Part shown: positions 38,635 through 50,519 of the stretch, in pieces | Numbering within the stretch: position 1 is the first letter of the stretch | Layout of the letters: each line of letters begins with the position of its first letter | Origin: Chrysemys picta bellii | Lineage: Eukaryota | Length of the DNA stretch: 64,000 bases | Direction of reading: 5' to 3' | NCBI RefSeq assembly: GCF_011386835.1 | Contig: NC_088791.1 | Coordinates: 95,542,001-95,606,000, forward strand | The notes under the pieces: generated by a model | Database searches by the model: none | What the model saw: only the letters and a program-made list of their open reading frames with translations | Told to the model about the DNA's origin: nothing | Translations under genes and position numbers: made by a program

Positions 38635-39035
38635 CCCTAGCTACTCCTTTCCCAGACCCAATGACAAAAGCTTCATGCTGCAAATAGTGGAGCACTGGTG
38701 AGGAAATCAGTGTGCACAGGGTTGAATCAGCATGGGTTCACCCTATCATAATATCATACCATCACTAGCGATCAGGGGAAACTCCAGCAAGCTTTTTCTC
38801 CTAACTCTCATTCATTTTATTGTATGGCAAATGGGGCACAAAGAGTTCCCTGGGATGAGGGCTCCAAAGATAGCTGTCTTCAAAATCCTAGCACAGGGGA
38901 GGGGGCCTGCCACTGCGGGGGGCGATTTTTTAGACAGCAGAATTGGATATGGTCAGGATACTGGGTTAACAGCACCTACTGTAACCCACCTCCAAGAGAG
39001 GGATTCAGTGTTAAGAGGGAGTTTACTGGGTTTCA

Positions 39036-39152
<117 letters not shown>

Positions 39153-39276
39153 CTAACAATAGAGACAAGCCATGATGGGAAGAACCCAGCGGGAAAACTT
39201 GCCACTGCCCCTAACTTCTCTAGACAACGGACTATAGTAAAACAAGAACTGTAGTAATCCTGGTTTATATTTCTAT

Positions 39277-39399
39277 TAGGATGACCAGACAGCAAGTGTG
39301 AAAAATCGGGATGGGGGTGGTGGGTAATAGGATCCTATATAAGAAAAAGACCCAAAAATCGGGACTGTCCCTATAAAATCAGGACATCTGGTTACCCTA
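39277..39399. mobile_element. 123-bp hAT (Blackjack-like) MITE, same family as 1046-1169
   Basis: Near-identical to 1046-1169; perfect 8-bp TSD ATTTCTAT (39269-39276, 39400-39407). Confidence 0.9.
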
Positions 39400-39532
39400 A
39401 TTTCTATAGCTCCTTTGGTCCAGTGGACAGAACTGAGGGTAAGGAAACCTGGGTCCTTTTGGCTGTTGATTTTAGGGAATTCACTTAATCTTTCTGTGCC
39501 TTGTTTTCCCTGTGAAAAAGGGGGATAATGAT

Positions 39533-39971
39533 TAGTGCTGGTCAGGAAACAGTTTTCCAGTCTTGTGAGAATTTTTGAGATTTCAATAATTTTTTCCACC
39601 CTGAATTGGGATGAAAAGTCAAAATCTCAAAAAGAAAAAAAAATTGTGAATGGAAAATTCAAAAAGAAAAACATTCAAACGAGAGATCAAAACATTTCAG
39701 TTCAATTTTGACTTTGTCATGTTTAACATTTTTAACCTTAAAATAACTTAAATTTCAAACCAAAAATAATTTTAATCAAAAACCCAATACTTTCCATTTA
39801 GAAAATGTCAAAATGGGACATGTCAACAAGTTCAAAACGTTCTCCCTCCCCCATCCCCAAAAACAAAAAACAGGAAATTCATAAAAATGGATCCTTTCCC
39901 AGGAACAGTTTTGATGAATCAGCATTTTCCAAGGAAAAAACATTTTATCAAAAAATTCCTGACCTGGTCTA
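39533..39971. mobile_element. hAT-type element inserted in a MIR-like SINE
   Basis: Ends TAGTGCTGGTCAGGAA/TTCCTGACCTGGTCTA; TSD ATAATGAT/ATAACGAT (7/8). Confidence 0.75.
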
Positions 39972-40879
39972 ATAACGATACCTATTCGCCTTCATAAAGT
40001 GATTTGAGAGCTACATATTAAAAGTAGCATATAAGAGCGAACTTTTGGATCCCAAACCACTTCCCAAACTACATCCACATAGTACCACAGAAAAGCAGCC
40101 ACCTCTAGGATGGAAGGCTGCAGCCAACTGGTACCCATCACACTGCAAAACAGTAGGGAGAAGAGGCATGTTGGAAAGCAAAATGGGTTAAAGCCGTTCT
40201 CTAATTTAAAGTACCCTGGGACTTTTAACGTTCAGGCAGAACCTTGTTGTTATAGATCTCATCCTAAATGCACATGCAGAGCAAACTGCACAGTACTCTC
40301 AATTTATCTCCCTTGAAAGAGCAAAGGGCTGAAACTGATCCTGCTGGGGCCTGAGGTTCTTGGTATTTCACCCCTGAGGTGCAGACCCCCAAGCCTTTCC
40401 TATATATAACATGATTCTATAAGGCTAGCAGGGAGATCCAAGAATAAAAAGATGTGATGCGGACTCTGGTCTCAGCAGGGCTCCTACCTCTTCAGCCTGT
40501 ATTGGGAGGAGGAGAATGGAAGAAGCGCTCTGTGTAAGCTGGGAAGCTTGTCTGGTACAATAAAAAAATATACCTCACCCACCTTGTCTCTGTGATGGGA
40601 GGCTACTTATTGTGGCTCTATGTGGTAACGCCATGTCTCCTTGTCAGACCTGAGTCCCACCCACATAACTGGGCATGTGACAGTGGGAGAAAGGGGGGCG
40701 CCTCTTGTGGGGCTGGTGCGAGGAAGCAGAGGAGACCGGTGCTGTGTGTGCCACACAGCACCGGGGTGGCAGGCCTGTTTGGTCCCCACTATTAAGCCAG
40801 AAACTCCTCCCATTCCACAGAGGGGACGGGCCAACCCCCCCAAGAGGCTCTGGCTGGATGGAACGCAGGGAGTGAGTTC

Positions 40880-41420
40880 CCCGGGGGGACAGGGACGGGG
40901 TCTCATGCCAATTACCCGGTCCTGTGCGCGCCGGCCACCAGTCTGTCTCTCCAGCTCCCTGTTGATCCTGCACTATAGGACCTCGCCTTCCCCGCCGGGG
41001 TTAGCTCCTCCCAGCCCGGCCTGCGCTGTGCTTTGATCCCACCCCGGTCATGGCTCCGCGCTCCCCTGCTGGGCACACGGCAGCCACAGACACACACCCA
41101 AGGCGGGGCGGCCAGCAGGCGCCAGCTCGCCGCTTACCTGGTCTGACTGCAGCTCCTCCCCCTGGCACAAGCGGCAGAGGAACGATTTCTGCTCCCGGCA
41201 CAAGGTCTGCCTGGTGGTGAGGAAGACCGTGCCCCCGACGTTCAGCCGGACCCACTTAGCCCGGCTGCTGTTTGCGGGCTGCGGCGGATGGCTCTCCCAG
41301 GTCAAAGACACCCTCTCTGGAGCCTGCGTTTCCTCCCCTCCTTCCATCCTCATCTCTCCCTCTCCCTCTCCGTCCCTCCCAAGCTGGAGACGCCACTGCA
41401 GGTGTGGGCGCTGGAGGATT
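40880..41420. promoter_or_regulatory. CpG island over KCTD17 exon 1 and the start of intron 1
   Basis: High GC with many CpG dinucleotides against a CpG-depleted background. Confidence 0.75.
41138..41353 (-). CDS. KCTD17: KCTD17 exon 1 (MRMEGGEE...EELQSDQ)
   Basis: ATG at 41353; CAG|gtaagc donor; 72 codons; lies in a CpG island. Confidence 0.93.
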
Positions 41421-41956
41421 CTGGGATCTGTAGTTTATCTGGTGCTCTCCACCCCAGAGGTGGCTGCATTTCACTGGGACTCAATGTGGTAGCTATGAGA
41501 TCTTTGGGGAAGAAAGAGTCTGTCTGAATGGCATGTTTGTCATTACTAGTGATGGGCACAAAGGACAAAACCCACCTCCTCATTCTGAACATTCCCCAAA
41601 TCCCAGGGGTCCCAGGATAATGGGGTTTGCCTGGGGACCTTTCTCTGGTCGCTGCTGTTCAGTTGATAGCTGTAGAGTATTTTGAAATAATATATAAACT
41701 CTCTTAATTACCATATTACATCATCGCTGCAATTGGTCACCAAAGAATCCTGGGAGCTGTAGTTTTGCATGGCCCAGTCTCCCTGCACCAGGATCTGCAG
41801 TGTAATCTAGGCCACCATTGCTGCTGTAGGTGCTATAGGATTCTGGAAGCTGCAGTTTACATACCTCCAGAGCAGGGTGTTGCAGTGGTGCTTTGGGTTG
41901 AGGAGAAAACTGCTCTGTGCCCATGGGCTGGATGTGGCTAACTCTTCCAATGCAGG

Positions 41957-42135
41957 GGGAGGGATAGCTCAGTGGTTTGAGCATTAGCCTCCTAAACCCA
42001 GGGTTGTGAGTTCAATCCTTGAGAGGGCCATTTAGGGATCTGGGGCAAAAATCTGTCTGGGGATTGGTCTTGCCTTGAGCAAGGGGTTGGACTAGATGAC
42101 CTCCTGAGGTCCTTTCCAACCCTTATATTCTATGA
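41957..42135 (+). mobile_element. Full-length tortoise-type Pol III SINE (tRNA-derived head, CR1 3' tail)
   Basis: A-box tagctcagtgg, B-box gagttcaatcc; ends ttctatga. Confidence 0.92.
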
Positions 42136-44680
42136 ACTAGATGGATCTTTCATGTTCCTCTTTTGCCCAGCAGGGGGTCTAACTATTATAGCATCCATTT
42201 CTCTGTTATTGCAGCAAAACACTCAGAGGATTTGGACAATTTCTGTCATTAAGACTATGTGGGTGCTCATGGGTGTAGGGGACCAGTGTGCAATATCAAA
42301 GCCCTGTTGTTGTTTTAATTTTTCTGCAGTAATAATCACCTAGTCAGTAAGTTTTCCCTGTGGTTGCTACCCCACCACCACTTCTAAACTTGCCTTGCAT
42401 AAACTTCCCTTTCCTGGATGGGTGTCTCTATGTTCATTCAGTCCCAGGCCTTGCCCCCACCCCCGTCCAGGGGATTAATTCATTCACAACACCTGCCTCA
42501 GTCTCTTCTGAGTGCCCCATTCCAGTGGGGAGGGGGGGGAGGAGAGGGTTTGAGAAGGAAGAGAGGGTGCCCTTGTGGAAGTCAAGTTACACATGACCCC
42601 TGGCCCAGGTGAAACACAAATGCTTTATCTATCCACTCAACCATGCTTCTACCATGCACAACAGAGGTCACCTGACTTATTAACTGCAGCCACCTTTGCC
42701 AACATTTCAAACAGTATTCACATCGGGCAGAAAAATGCTGGTAGCTTCCCTCCGGAAGGCTGACACTGGCCCAAAGCCACCCGACCCTTTTCTGCCAGGG
42801 CAATATCCATAAAGTGCAGTGCTGAAACGTAGACAGATATCTATTAACCTTACAGTTGGGTCTTTTCTTGAGTCATCCTCACTGCCCCTCCCCCCTTATT
42901 TTTATTCCATTTAGGAAGCTAGTTCTCCGGTACAATTCAGTCCCCTTATGCCATAGAGGGGGCATAAAGACAATAGTTTTCCCCACAGGTGAGTAACCCA
43001 GCCTAAAAGGGGTTCCCTGGAAAACAGAGCCAGCCGACGCCACTCCCTTTACAGGCCCCAGTGTAGGGAGTGTGCTGGGGGTAGGAAGGAGTGTGGCTGG
43101 AATATGCTGCCCTCTAGCTATTTTCAGCTGCTGAGTAGCTCCTAGGCCACCTCTGTAGCGGAGTGTAAATTTGAACAGCCTTGAGTCTCCTCTAATTTAC
43201 AGCAGGAGACAGATAGGCAGGCCCCTGGATGCACAAAGAATATAAACTGTAGGTGGCTTTTGTCACTTTTGTACCCCTGCTCCTCATCTCTGTATGGCAT
43301 ACCTTGGTTAGAGTGGAGACTCAGGCCCAAATCCTTATTGTGTCATCTGTTTTTTTCCTCTTATCCCACCCTCCCAATCTCCTCTGTCCCACTTCCTACC
43401 CATCTCTTCCCTCCTACAGTATGCACCAGGGAAGGTCTTTAGTCATAGCACGAGTTCTTCTGTCAGCACTGGCCTCTGTTTGTTGCCCAGACTTCAGGAC
43501 CTGGCCCACCCACAAGAATGACATCATCATGGGAAGAAGGGCAAATTGTTAACACCTAACCCACCATATGTAATGCAGCCCAGCTGCTCCTTGGGAACTG
43601 ATCAGGAGACAAACACCCCCTCACCCACCTCTCTCTTCAGGCTGTCTAGGATAATGGGTGTTATGATCAACAGGGACCTTTCTTTAATCAAATATATTGA
43701 AGCCAATGTGCTTGTAGAGGTGTAACCAAGAGCAGATTAACTCTCTGAATGCACTGAATCAAATACCCCTGACGTTTGCTGGGGGAGATTTTCAGCTCCA
43801 AGATTTCAGGCAGTGGCCTTGTGAAAATGACTGCCATTATGGGTAGTTCTTCCCTAGGGCTTCAACTCAGCAAGGTATTGAAGCACATAACTAATTGGAA
43901 GCACGTGAACAGTCCTGTGGAAGTACCTGAAGAAGAGCTCTGTATAAGCTCGTCTCTCTCACCAACAGAAGCTGGTCCAATAAAAGCTATTACTTCACCT
44001 ACCTTGTCTCGCTAATATCTCGGGACCAACATGACTACAACAACACTGCTTACAATGGGAGTATGCTCTTATGCCTAGGGTTAGGCATGTGTAAGTATCA
44101 TGCTGAATTGGAGCGTGGCATCTGAAAGTCACACAATTGCATGGCTGCAGACGGAAACAAACAACAGAGAGGTATGCTGTCCCTTTCTTATGTGATCCAC
44201 AGGGCTCTCCCAAGGAAACTGAAATATACCTACCAAGGATGAAACAAATACTGCATTCACTTCATCAGAACAGCTGCCTTCATAGAGAATAAGGGTATGT
44301 CTACACTAGAAGTGTAATTTGCCACCTGGATAGACATACATGCGCTAGCTGTGATCAAGTTAGCACACTAAACACAGCAATGGAGCTGCAGCCACATGAA
44401 CTGCACGACAGGCTAGCAGCCCCAATCATGATCCAGTCTGAAACTGCAGGTACGTCCTTGGGATGTCTCCTCACGCCAACGCAGCTACACTGCTGGTACA
44501 GGTATGTCTGTCGGAGCTGGATTTTACACCTCCAGCTCCACTGTAGACATATGCTGGATGCATGTAGCTGTGCTAACTAAACACTCCCTGTGGATGCCTC
44601 TGTGAGCAGGGAAGGAGAAACCCCAGCTATACTGTCCCGGGTTCAGTTCAGGAGAAAAACCTTTAAACTCATTAAATGTT

Positions 44681-44686
44681 TTTATT
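44681..44686 (-). terminator. Probable MPST polyadenylation signal
   Basis: AATAAA on the minus strand ~490 nt past the stop. Confidence 0.5.
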
Positions 44687-45173
44687 ATGTAACCTTTTAA
44701 ATGGATACTTAAAAAAAAAAAAAAAAAAAGGAAAAGAAACAGGATTTCAAGTTCCCCAGGAACAACAGTGGATGCAAAACTGGCTGAGAACAAATCAGAG
44801 TCCAAACATAAGGAGAAACCTAAACTGCTCCTCCACTCATCTTCCTCACTAAGTGTCCAAATAGGAGAGATCATCCCAGCTGATGAGTTCAGCCTGAATC
44901 AATTATTCCACCATCCCATGGCAAGTGCTTCCCCCCACCCCAATAAGATACTGTAAAAAGGCATCTTCCATGCCCAGAAAAGTGAGGGGTGGGGTTTGTG
45001 GGTGAGAAGCGGGAGGGGAGTAGGGGAAAGGGGCTAGAACCATGTGTGTTTAGATTTGTCACCCAAGACCGTCACTCAATACCACCATGATTTTAAAACA
45101 TGAAAGGCTAAGACCATCTCTGAAAGCCTGTTCCAAGGCAATTTGTCTGCGCTGCAGGGGCAGAAGCATTGCT

Positions 45174-45472
45174 TCAGAGGGTCTTGCCTTTGCCCTCAGA
45201 GATGACCTCTCCAGGCCGCGCCCGCATGTACCACTCCACCCAGGCACCATCGTAGACAGCCACATCTGGCTTGCCACAGAGGTACGCCCCCAGGGTCACA
45301 TGGCAGGCAGTGACTCCTGAGCCACATGTGGCTACCACTGGCTTTGAGAGGTCCACTTTCTTCTCCTGGAATAAGCTGCGGATTGCCTCAGGGGTCTTCT
45401 CAAAGCCAGCTTCTGTGAGGAAATCCAAGAAGGGGATGTTCACGGAGCCAGGAATATGACCAGGCTCAATTC
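45174..45472 (-). CDS. MPST: MPST last exon ([14 protein letters not shown]...TCGSGVTAC...EGKGKTL*)
   Basis: tcctccag| acceptor; 299 nt; catalytic Cys loop. Confidence 0.97.
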
Positions 45473-46633
45473 CTGGAGGAAGAGGAAGGAGACCAATGCA
45501 GACAGGAGTTAATCTTTACATCACAGAGGGTTCCACCGCACAACCCCTCGACTACCCTCCACCCATACTCGTGCCACGGCAACCCTCCCTCTACGGCCAC
45601 TGCACAAGGTTATGCGAGGGTTAATGTCTGTACGTTTGACCACAAAGCATCATATCAAAACTAAATATTATTAAAGGGCTGGGGTGTGTGGGAGCTATCT
45701 TCTCTTCCACCTCCCCAGGTCCCCGAAAGATTGAGTGCACTGTTGCCTCTGAACCACGGGACTCCGCATTCATACTAAAATACACAGCTTTCTTCACTTC
45801 TTGTATGGACGGAAAGTCACTTTCTGGGGTGCAGCTCTAACAGCTAGGGGTGGGGATAGGAGCACCCTCTTTCAGCCACATGTGTTAGTCACAATGTATG
45901 CAACACCCCTTCTATATGCCTGATTTGAGACTCAGCTGTGGCAACAGGTGAATCAGCTGAGAGGAGAGATGGTTTAAGGGTGAAGGCAAGGAATGGGACT
46001 CAGCAAATCTTATTTCTATTCCTTCCTCTGCCACAGACTTCCTGTTTGACCTTAGACGTGTATCATAATCTCTGTGTGCTTCAGATTCCCAGCAGGAGAA
46101 CAGCTATAATAATCCTTCCCTTCTCCCACCATTTGTCTGACCATATAGGCTGTAAATGCTTTGTGGCAAGGCTGTCTCCTACTGTGTGTTTGTACAGCAT
46201 GTACCAGAATCGGGCCCTCTATGCACATACCAGAATACAAATCATAATCTACAGTAAATCTGGCTGTCAGACGGAGAACTTCACTGCCAGGGTTAAAGTC
46301 CTCATGGCTTACTGCTGGCACAGATGCTGAACTACTAAACATCTTGTGTTTGGCGTCATAAGGCCTTGCCCCAAGGCGAATGTGTTTTAAGCAAGCATTT
46401 CCAGCAGCATATGGAGAACAGAACAGTGGGAGTGGCAAATAGACATAGGTAAGCAGAGACAGCAACCACAAAGAGGGATAGATATCAGCCAAGCATCCTC
46501 CTCTTGAAACTCATCTTTGGAAAAAGTGAGTTTCCAGCCTCAATCTTCAGCTGGGAACGAGAGTCATGTTTCTGGGTTTGTGCCTTAAATGGACCCCATG
46601 TTTGTTACAGTGATGGCTAAGCTGAGGCGTTAC

Positions 46634-47228
46634 CTTCCCTGGGCTCTGCCTCCGTCCCTCTGAACCGCCCTGCAGGGCGAGCATCAACAAGCTGAAAGCG
46701 ACGTGACTCTATGTTCTCCTCTATGTCCTCATGGGTCTTCACCAGGGACTTGTCCAGGGAGGCATGGAACTCCACAGGAACTGCTCGGTTCTTGCCAGAG
46801 CTCAGTGGGTACCCCTCCCGCTGCCAGTTCTTCAGTCCACCGTCCAGAAGGGAGACGGCATGGTGCCCAAAGGCCCGGAACATCCACCAGACACGGGGAG
46901 CAGAGAAGAGACCCTGATCACTGGCATCATACACGACCACGTGGGAGTCGTTCCCCACGCCCAGCTTGCCCACATACTCTGCAAAGTCATCCGCACTGGG
47001 CAGCATGTGGTCATATGGCGACGTGCGGTCACTGCATAGGTCGATGTCAAAGAAAGCTGCACCAGGGATGTGGCGCTCCTCAAACTCATGCCGGGGGTCA
47101 CGCTTCATCTTTGGGAGGTACCAGGATGCATCCAGGATCTTCACAGCCTGCCCAGCCTGAGGGGACTTGATGGTTTCTGACAGCCACTTAGCTGACACCA
47201 GTGCCCGATAAAGGAACTGTTGAGACAT
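46634..47228 (-). CDS. MPST: MPST main coding exon (MSQQFLYRALVSAKW...GTEAEPRE)
   Basis: ORF 46617..47228; AAG|gtaacg donor; exon acceptor cccttcag| 43 nt upstream of the ATG (exon starts 47271). Confidence 0.96.
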
Positions 47229-48249
47229 TGCTCCTGAGTCCTGGCCAGATTCAGACAGTCTCTGGGGTTTCCTGAAGGGGGGAAAAGTCAGGAATTAGTG
47301 ACAGAAGATATTAGGGTGAGCAACTGGGGAAAAAAGAGATTAGAGCTCTTTGGGGGAGGAATTGTCTTTTGTTCTGTGTGTACAGCACCTTGCACAATGG
47401 GCTCCTGAGCACTGCAGTAATACAGATAATAAGAATAGTAGAAGAAAAGAACTTGGGCCCCAGGTTACAGAATACAACCCCACCTCTGCTTCACTTTGTG
47501 CACACCGGGGTAAAGTCAGCTCTGTTGTAACACCACTGGGGCTACATTAGAAATCGGTCTGGTGGTCCAGAGATCATGAAATGAGCCCAGTTAAAGACAC
47601 AGAGAGAAATCTAGGGAGAGGAACACCTGCCGAGCCTGCCTGACACCAAGCTGAGTCAGCTGCATGTGGCAGGAGCCTGAATTCAAAATCAGGAAGCGAG
47701 AACCCTGTGTGAGGCACCCTGGCACCTATGCCCCTTGGGGCTAGAAAGCTGTATATATCAGAGCCAGCACTCTGAACCTCACAAAAGGGAGCTCTGAATT
47801 AAGGACTGCCACCACCCCATTCAAAAAGCTGTTCATTTCCCTGGGTCCAAGTTTTGCTGCTACACACTCTGCCAGCACCATGACTTTCCTACAACTCCCT
47901 GCTCCACAGGAGCATGAGAGGAAAGCACAGCTTTGGGAACAGTCCTTGCCTCAGTGACAGGCTGAGAACTCCAAGCAGAGAAAGGGTTGTCCCCTAGGAC
48001 CTGGCTGATCCAGCAGCATCCCCCCGCCCCTGCCCTGGTGGTATGGACCCTGGGTTCCCACTGCCAGAGGTGTTACACAGAAGCAGACAGGAGTGGCTGG
48101 TGCCCACTCAAGGCCACTCCCCTGCCTGACCATCCCCTACAAGGCACTAACTGCCCTGGATACCCCCCATCAGATTTTAAGGGGCAGTCTCCGCTCAGGG
48201 CTCCAGTGGAAAGCATGCTAGCGTGCCAACAAGCCCTGGCACGGCCTCC

Positions 48250-49260
48250 TTCCAACCCTGAGCCTGGGGATCGGTGCAATAACTCCATGCCCACGAGCGG
48301 AGCAAGGGAGTCCTGGAGGCCGCTGAGCCCACGAACCCGCAGAAGTTACTGCCATCGGGCGTGTTCCTGCCCTCGACTGAGTGACTCCCGGCCAGCAGGC
48401 TATTGCCCATACCTCCGTGCCCCTCCTGGGTGGCTGCTGCTCGGCGGTGTGACTGACATGGGCTTCAGAGCACCTCCCCCAATGCGCGGCGCTCCCACCC
48501 CCTCCGCTCCCGCTATACGTTCGCTCCGGGGAGGAGACAAGCGCCACCTCCCACCCGGCTGCCCAATGGGGGAAAGGGCTGCCCGGGCAAACCAACCTTT
48601 AGGAGGCCGGGGCAGCGCTGGGGGCAGATGGGATCACGCACCAGCCCTCCCAACCCAGAGCCAACCCGCAGCAGCTCCGCTCGGCTCCCGGCTCCCAGCC
48701 ACCAGCGGGTGGGCTTGCCGGAGGGAGTGGCCCCGCTCAGCACTCTCCCGGGGAGGGGGGCGTTTCCACCCCCCCCCCTCCTGCAATAATGGTCCGAGCC
48801 GCCTGCAGGGCGAGAAGGAAATGAATCAAACAGGCTTTTGGCAGCCAGGGTGCGGCGCTGGGAGCTGCCGTCGCTGCTGAGTCACGGCAATAAATGTGCC
48901 TTGAGTGGAATGCAAAGGGAGCGAGGCGCTGCAAGGCTGGCCTCGCCCGGGACAGTCACCTGCCCGCGCTGCACGTGTGGACTGGGGCTTAGTCACCCAG
49001 GGGTCCGGAGCGAGCTGCGTCGGACACGCTGCCCTCTGCACCCCCCTTACCCGGCTTCCAGCCCCGCTTCCCTCCCCGTGTGCTTGCCACCAATCCCGCT
49101 CTGGAGCGCTCCCTCGCTGCTAGGGTAGCCCTGCCTGGGGGCGTTTCCCGCAGGGGATTTAGCACTGAGGGGTTTCTCTGAGGCCGGTGGGCCTGGGAAC
49201 TGCTCCTCCATCACCAGGATTCTTCCTAGCGCAGGAGGACTTTGTGTCCAGCGGTTTCCT
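48250..49260. promoter_or_regulatory. CpG island / MPST promoter region with CCAAT boxes, exact ARE (48875-48885) and CACGTG (48972-48977)
   Basis: Dense CpG; CCAAT near 48479, 48564 and 49090; TGCTGAGTCAC. Confidence 0.75.
48413..48459 (-). CDS. MPST: Candidate MPST upstream coding exon (MSVTPPSSSHPGGAR) giving a 30-aa N-terminal extension
   Basis: ATG at 48459; GAG|gtatgg donor in phase 2; joins in frame, stop-free, to the 43 nt preceding the main ATG. Confidence 0.45.
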
Positions 49261-49442
49261 TCATTAGGAGGGAGTCTCCTGGGCTTGCTGTGTAGTGACA
49301 TGTCACCGGGTCTTTAGCTCCCGTCCCTTACACTTGTACTGTGCCCATCACCCTGTCTGATCCCACAGTCCTAGCTTTCTGCAGAGCCCCTTACAGTTTC
49401 TTCTGTGGGGAGACAAGGTGGGTGAGGTAATATCTTTTATGG

Positions 49443-50016
49443 CAGTGGCACTCAACCTTTCTGGACTTCTGTAACCCTGTCAGGAGTCTGATTTGTCTTG
49501 CATACCCCTAAGTTACACCTCACTTCACTGTTTGCCAGAAGCTGGGAATGGGCAATCAGATGGCTCATCACTTGATGATTTCCTGTTCTGTTCATTCCCT
49601 CTGAAGCACCTGGCATTGGCCACTGTTGGGAGACAGGATACTAGGCTAGACGGACCTTTGGTCTGACGCAGTATGGCCATTCTTATGTTCTTAAAAACTA
49701 CTTGATTACAAATCAGACATAAAAATACAAAAATAAAAATACAAAAGTGTCACTTGCTGACTTTCTCATTTTTACCATATAATTATAAAATAAATCAATT
49801 GGAATATAAATATTGTACTTACATTTCAGTGTATAGTAGATAGAGCAGTATATACAAGTCATTGTCTGTATGAAATTATAGTTTGTACTGACTTCGCTAG
49901 TGCTTTTTATGTATAGCCTGTTGTAAAAGTAGGTACCTATCTAGATGAGTTGATGTACCCCCGGGAAGACCTCTGCATACCTCCAGGGTACACGTACCCC
50001 GGGTTGAGAACCACTG
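49443..50016. mobile_element. 574-bp hAT (Charlie-like) element containing a nested CR1 3' end (~49530-49693)
   Basis: TIR CAGTGGCACTCAACC/GGTTGAGAACCACTG; TSD TTTTATGG/TTTTATGA (7/8). Confidence 0.85.
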
Positions 50017-50519
50017 TTTTATGAGATCAGCTTCTGTGGGAGAGAGAGACAAGCTTTCCAGCAGCACAGAGTTCTTCTGGTACCAGTAGCTCGAAAGCTT
50101 GTCTCTCTCACCAACAGAAGCTGGGTCCCATAACAGATAGAATGACAAGGTGGGTGAGGTACTAATATCCTGGGACCAATACGGCTACAACACTTCACAG
50201 TTTTTTCTTTGAGATTTGCCCTTTGCCCTAACACCGATTTAGCCAGTCATCTGACTGCGCTGTCAATGACTCTGGAGTCTGGTTACCTCCCTCCCCCACT
50301 GTCAGGGTTTCAGATTTATGTCCCACAGGAGGCTGAAGATGGTTCCTTATTCCCAGTTCCTTACTGGTGGTACAGCTCCTTATTCATGGTTCCCAGGGGC
50401 TCCTTATTCAAAGGCCAACATTATTTAAAATATATCAGGGTAAGAGTCAATGTTTAGAAATGACACCAAATTGTGATGGAATGTGATAAAGATACATTAG
50501 TTAATTATTAATTACATAA

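Larger units (their letters stand above)
45174..47228 (-). other. MPST: Gene span: 3-mercaptopyruvate sulfurtransferase, 297 aa (595+299 nt coding exons)
   Basis: Tandem rhodanese domains; active-site loop CGSGVT is diagnostic of MPST. Confidence 0.97.

Noticed and set aside
41957-42030. tRNA-like sequence with A/B boxes (also 38560-38634)
   Set aside because: Head of a tortoise-type SINE continuing into a CR1 tail; not a tRNA gene
45174-45186. MPST C-terminus -GKTL as a peroxisomal PTS1
   Set aside because: KTL does not fit the (S/A/C)(K/R/H)(L/M) consensus
47987-48880. 297-aa plus-strand ORF over the MPST CpG island
   Set aside because: Starts at TTG, Pro/Arg/Gly/Ser-rich, typical stop-poor GC-rich artefact; the length match to MPST/TST is coincidental
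49417-49432. Strong-looking donor sites (AAG|GTGGGT, GAG|GTAATA) as the end of a TST first exon
   Set aside because: Part of an interspersed repeat motif found at several other positions; no independent support
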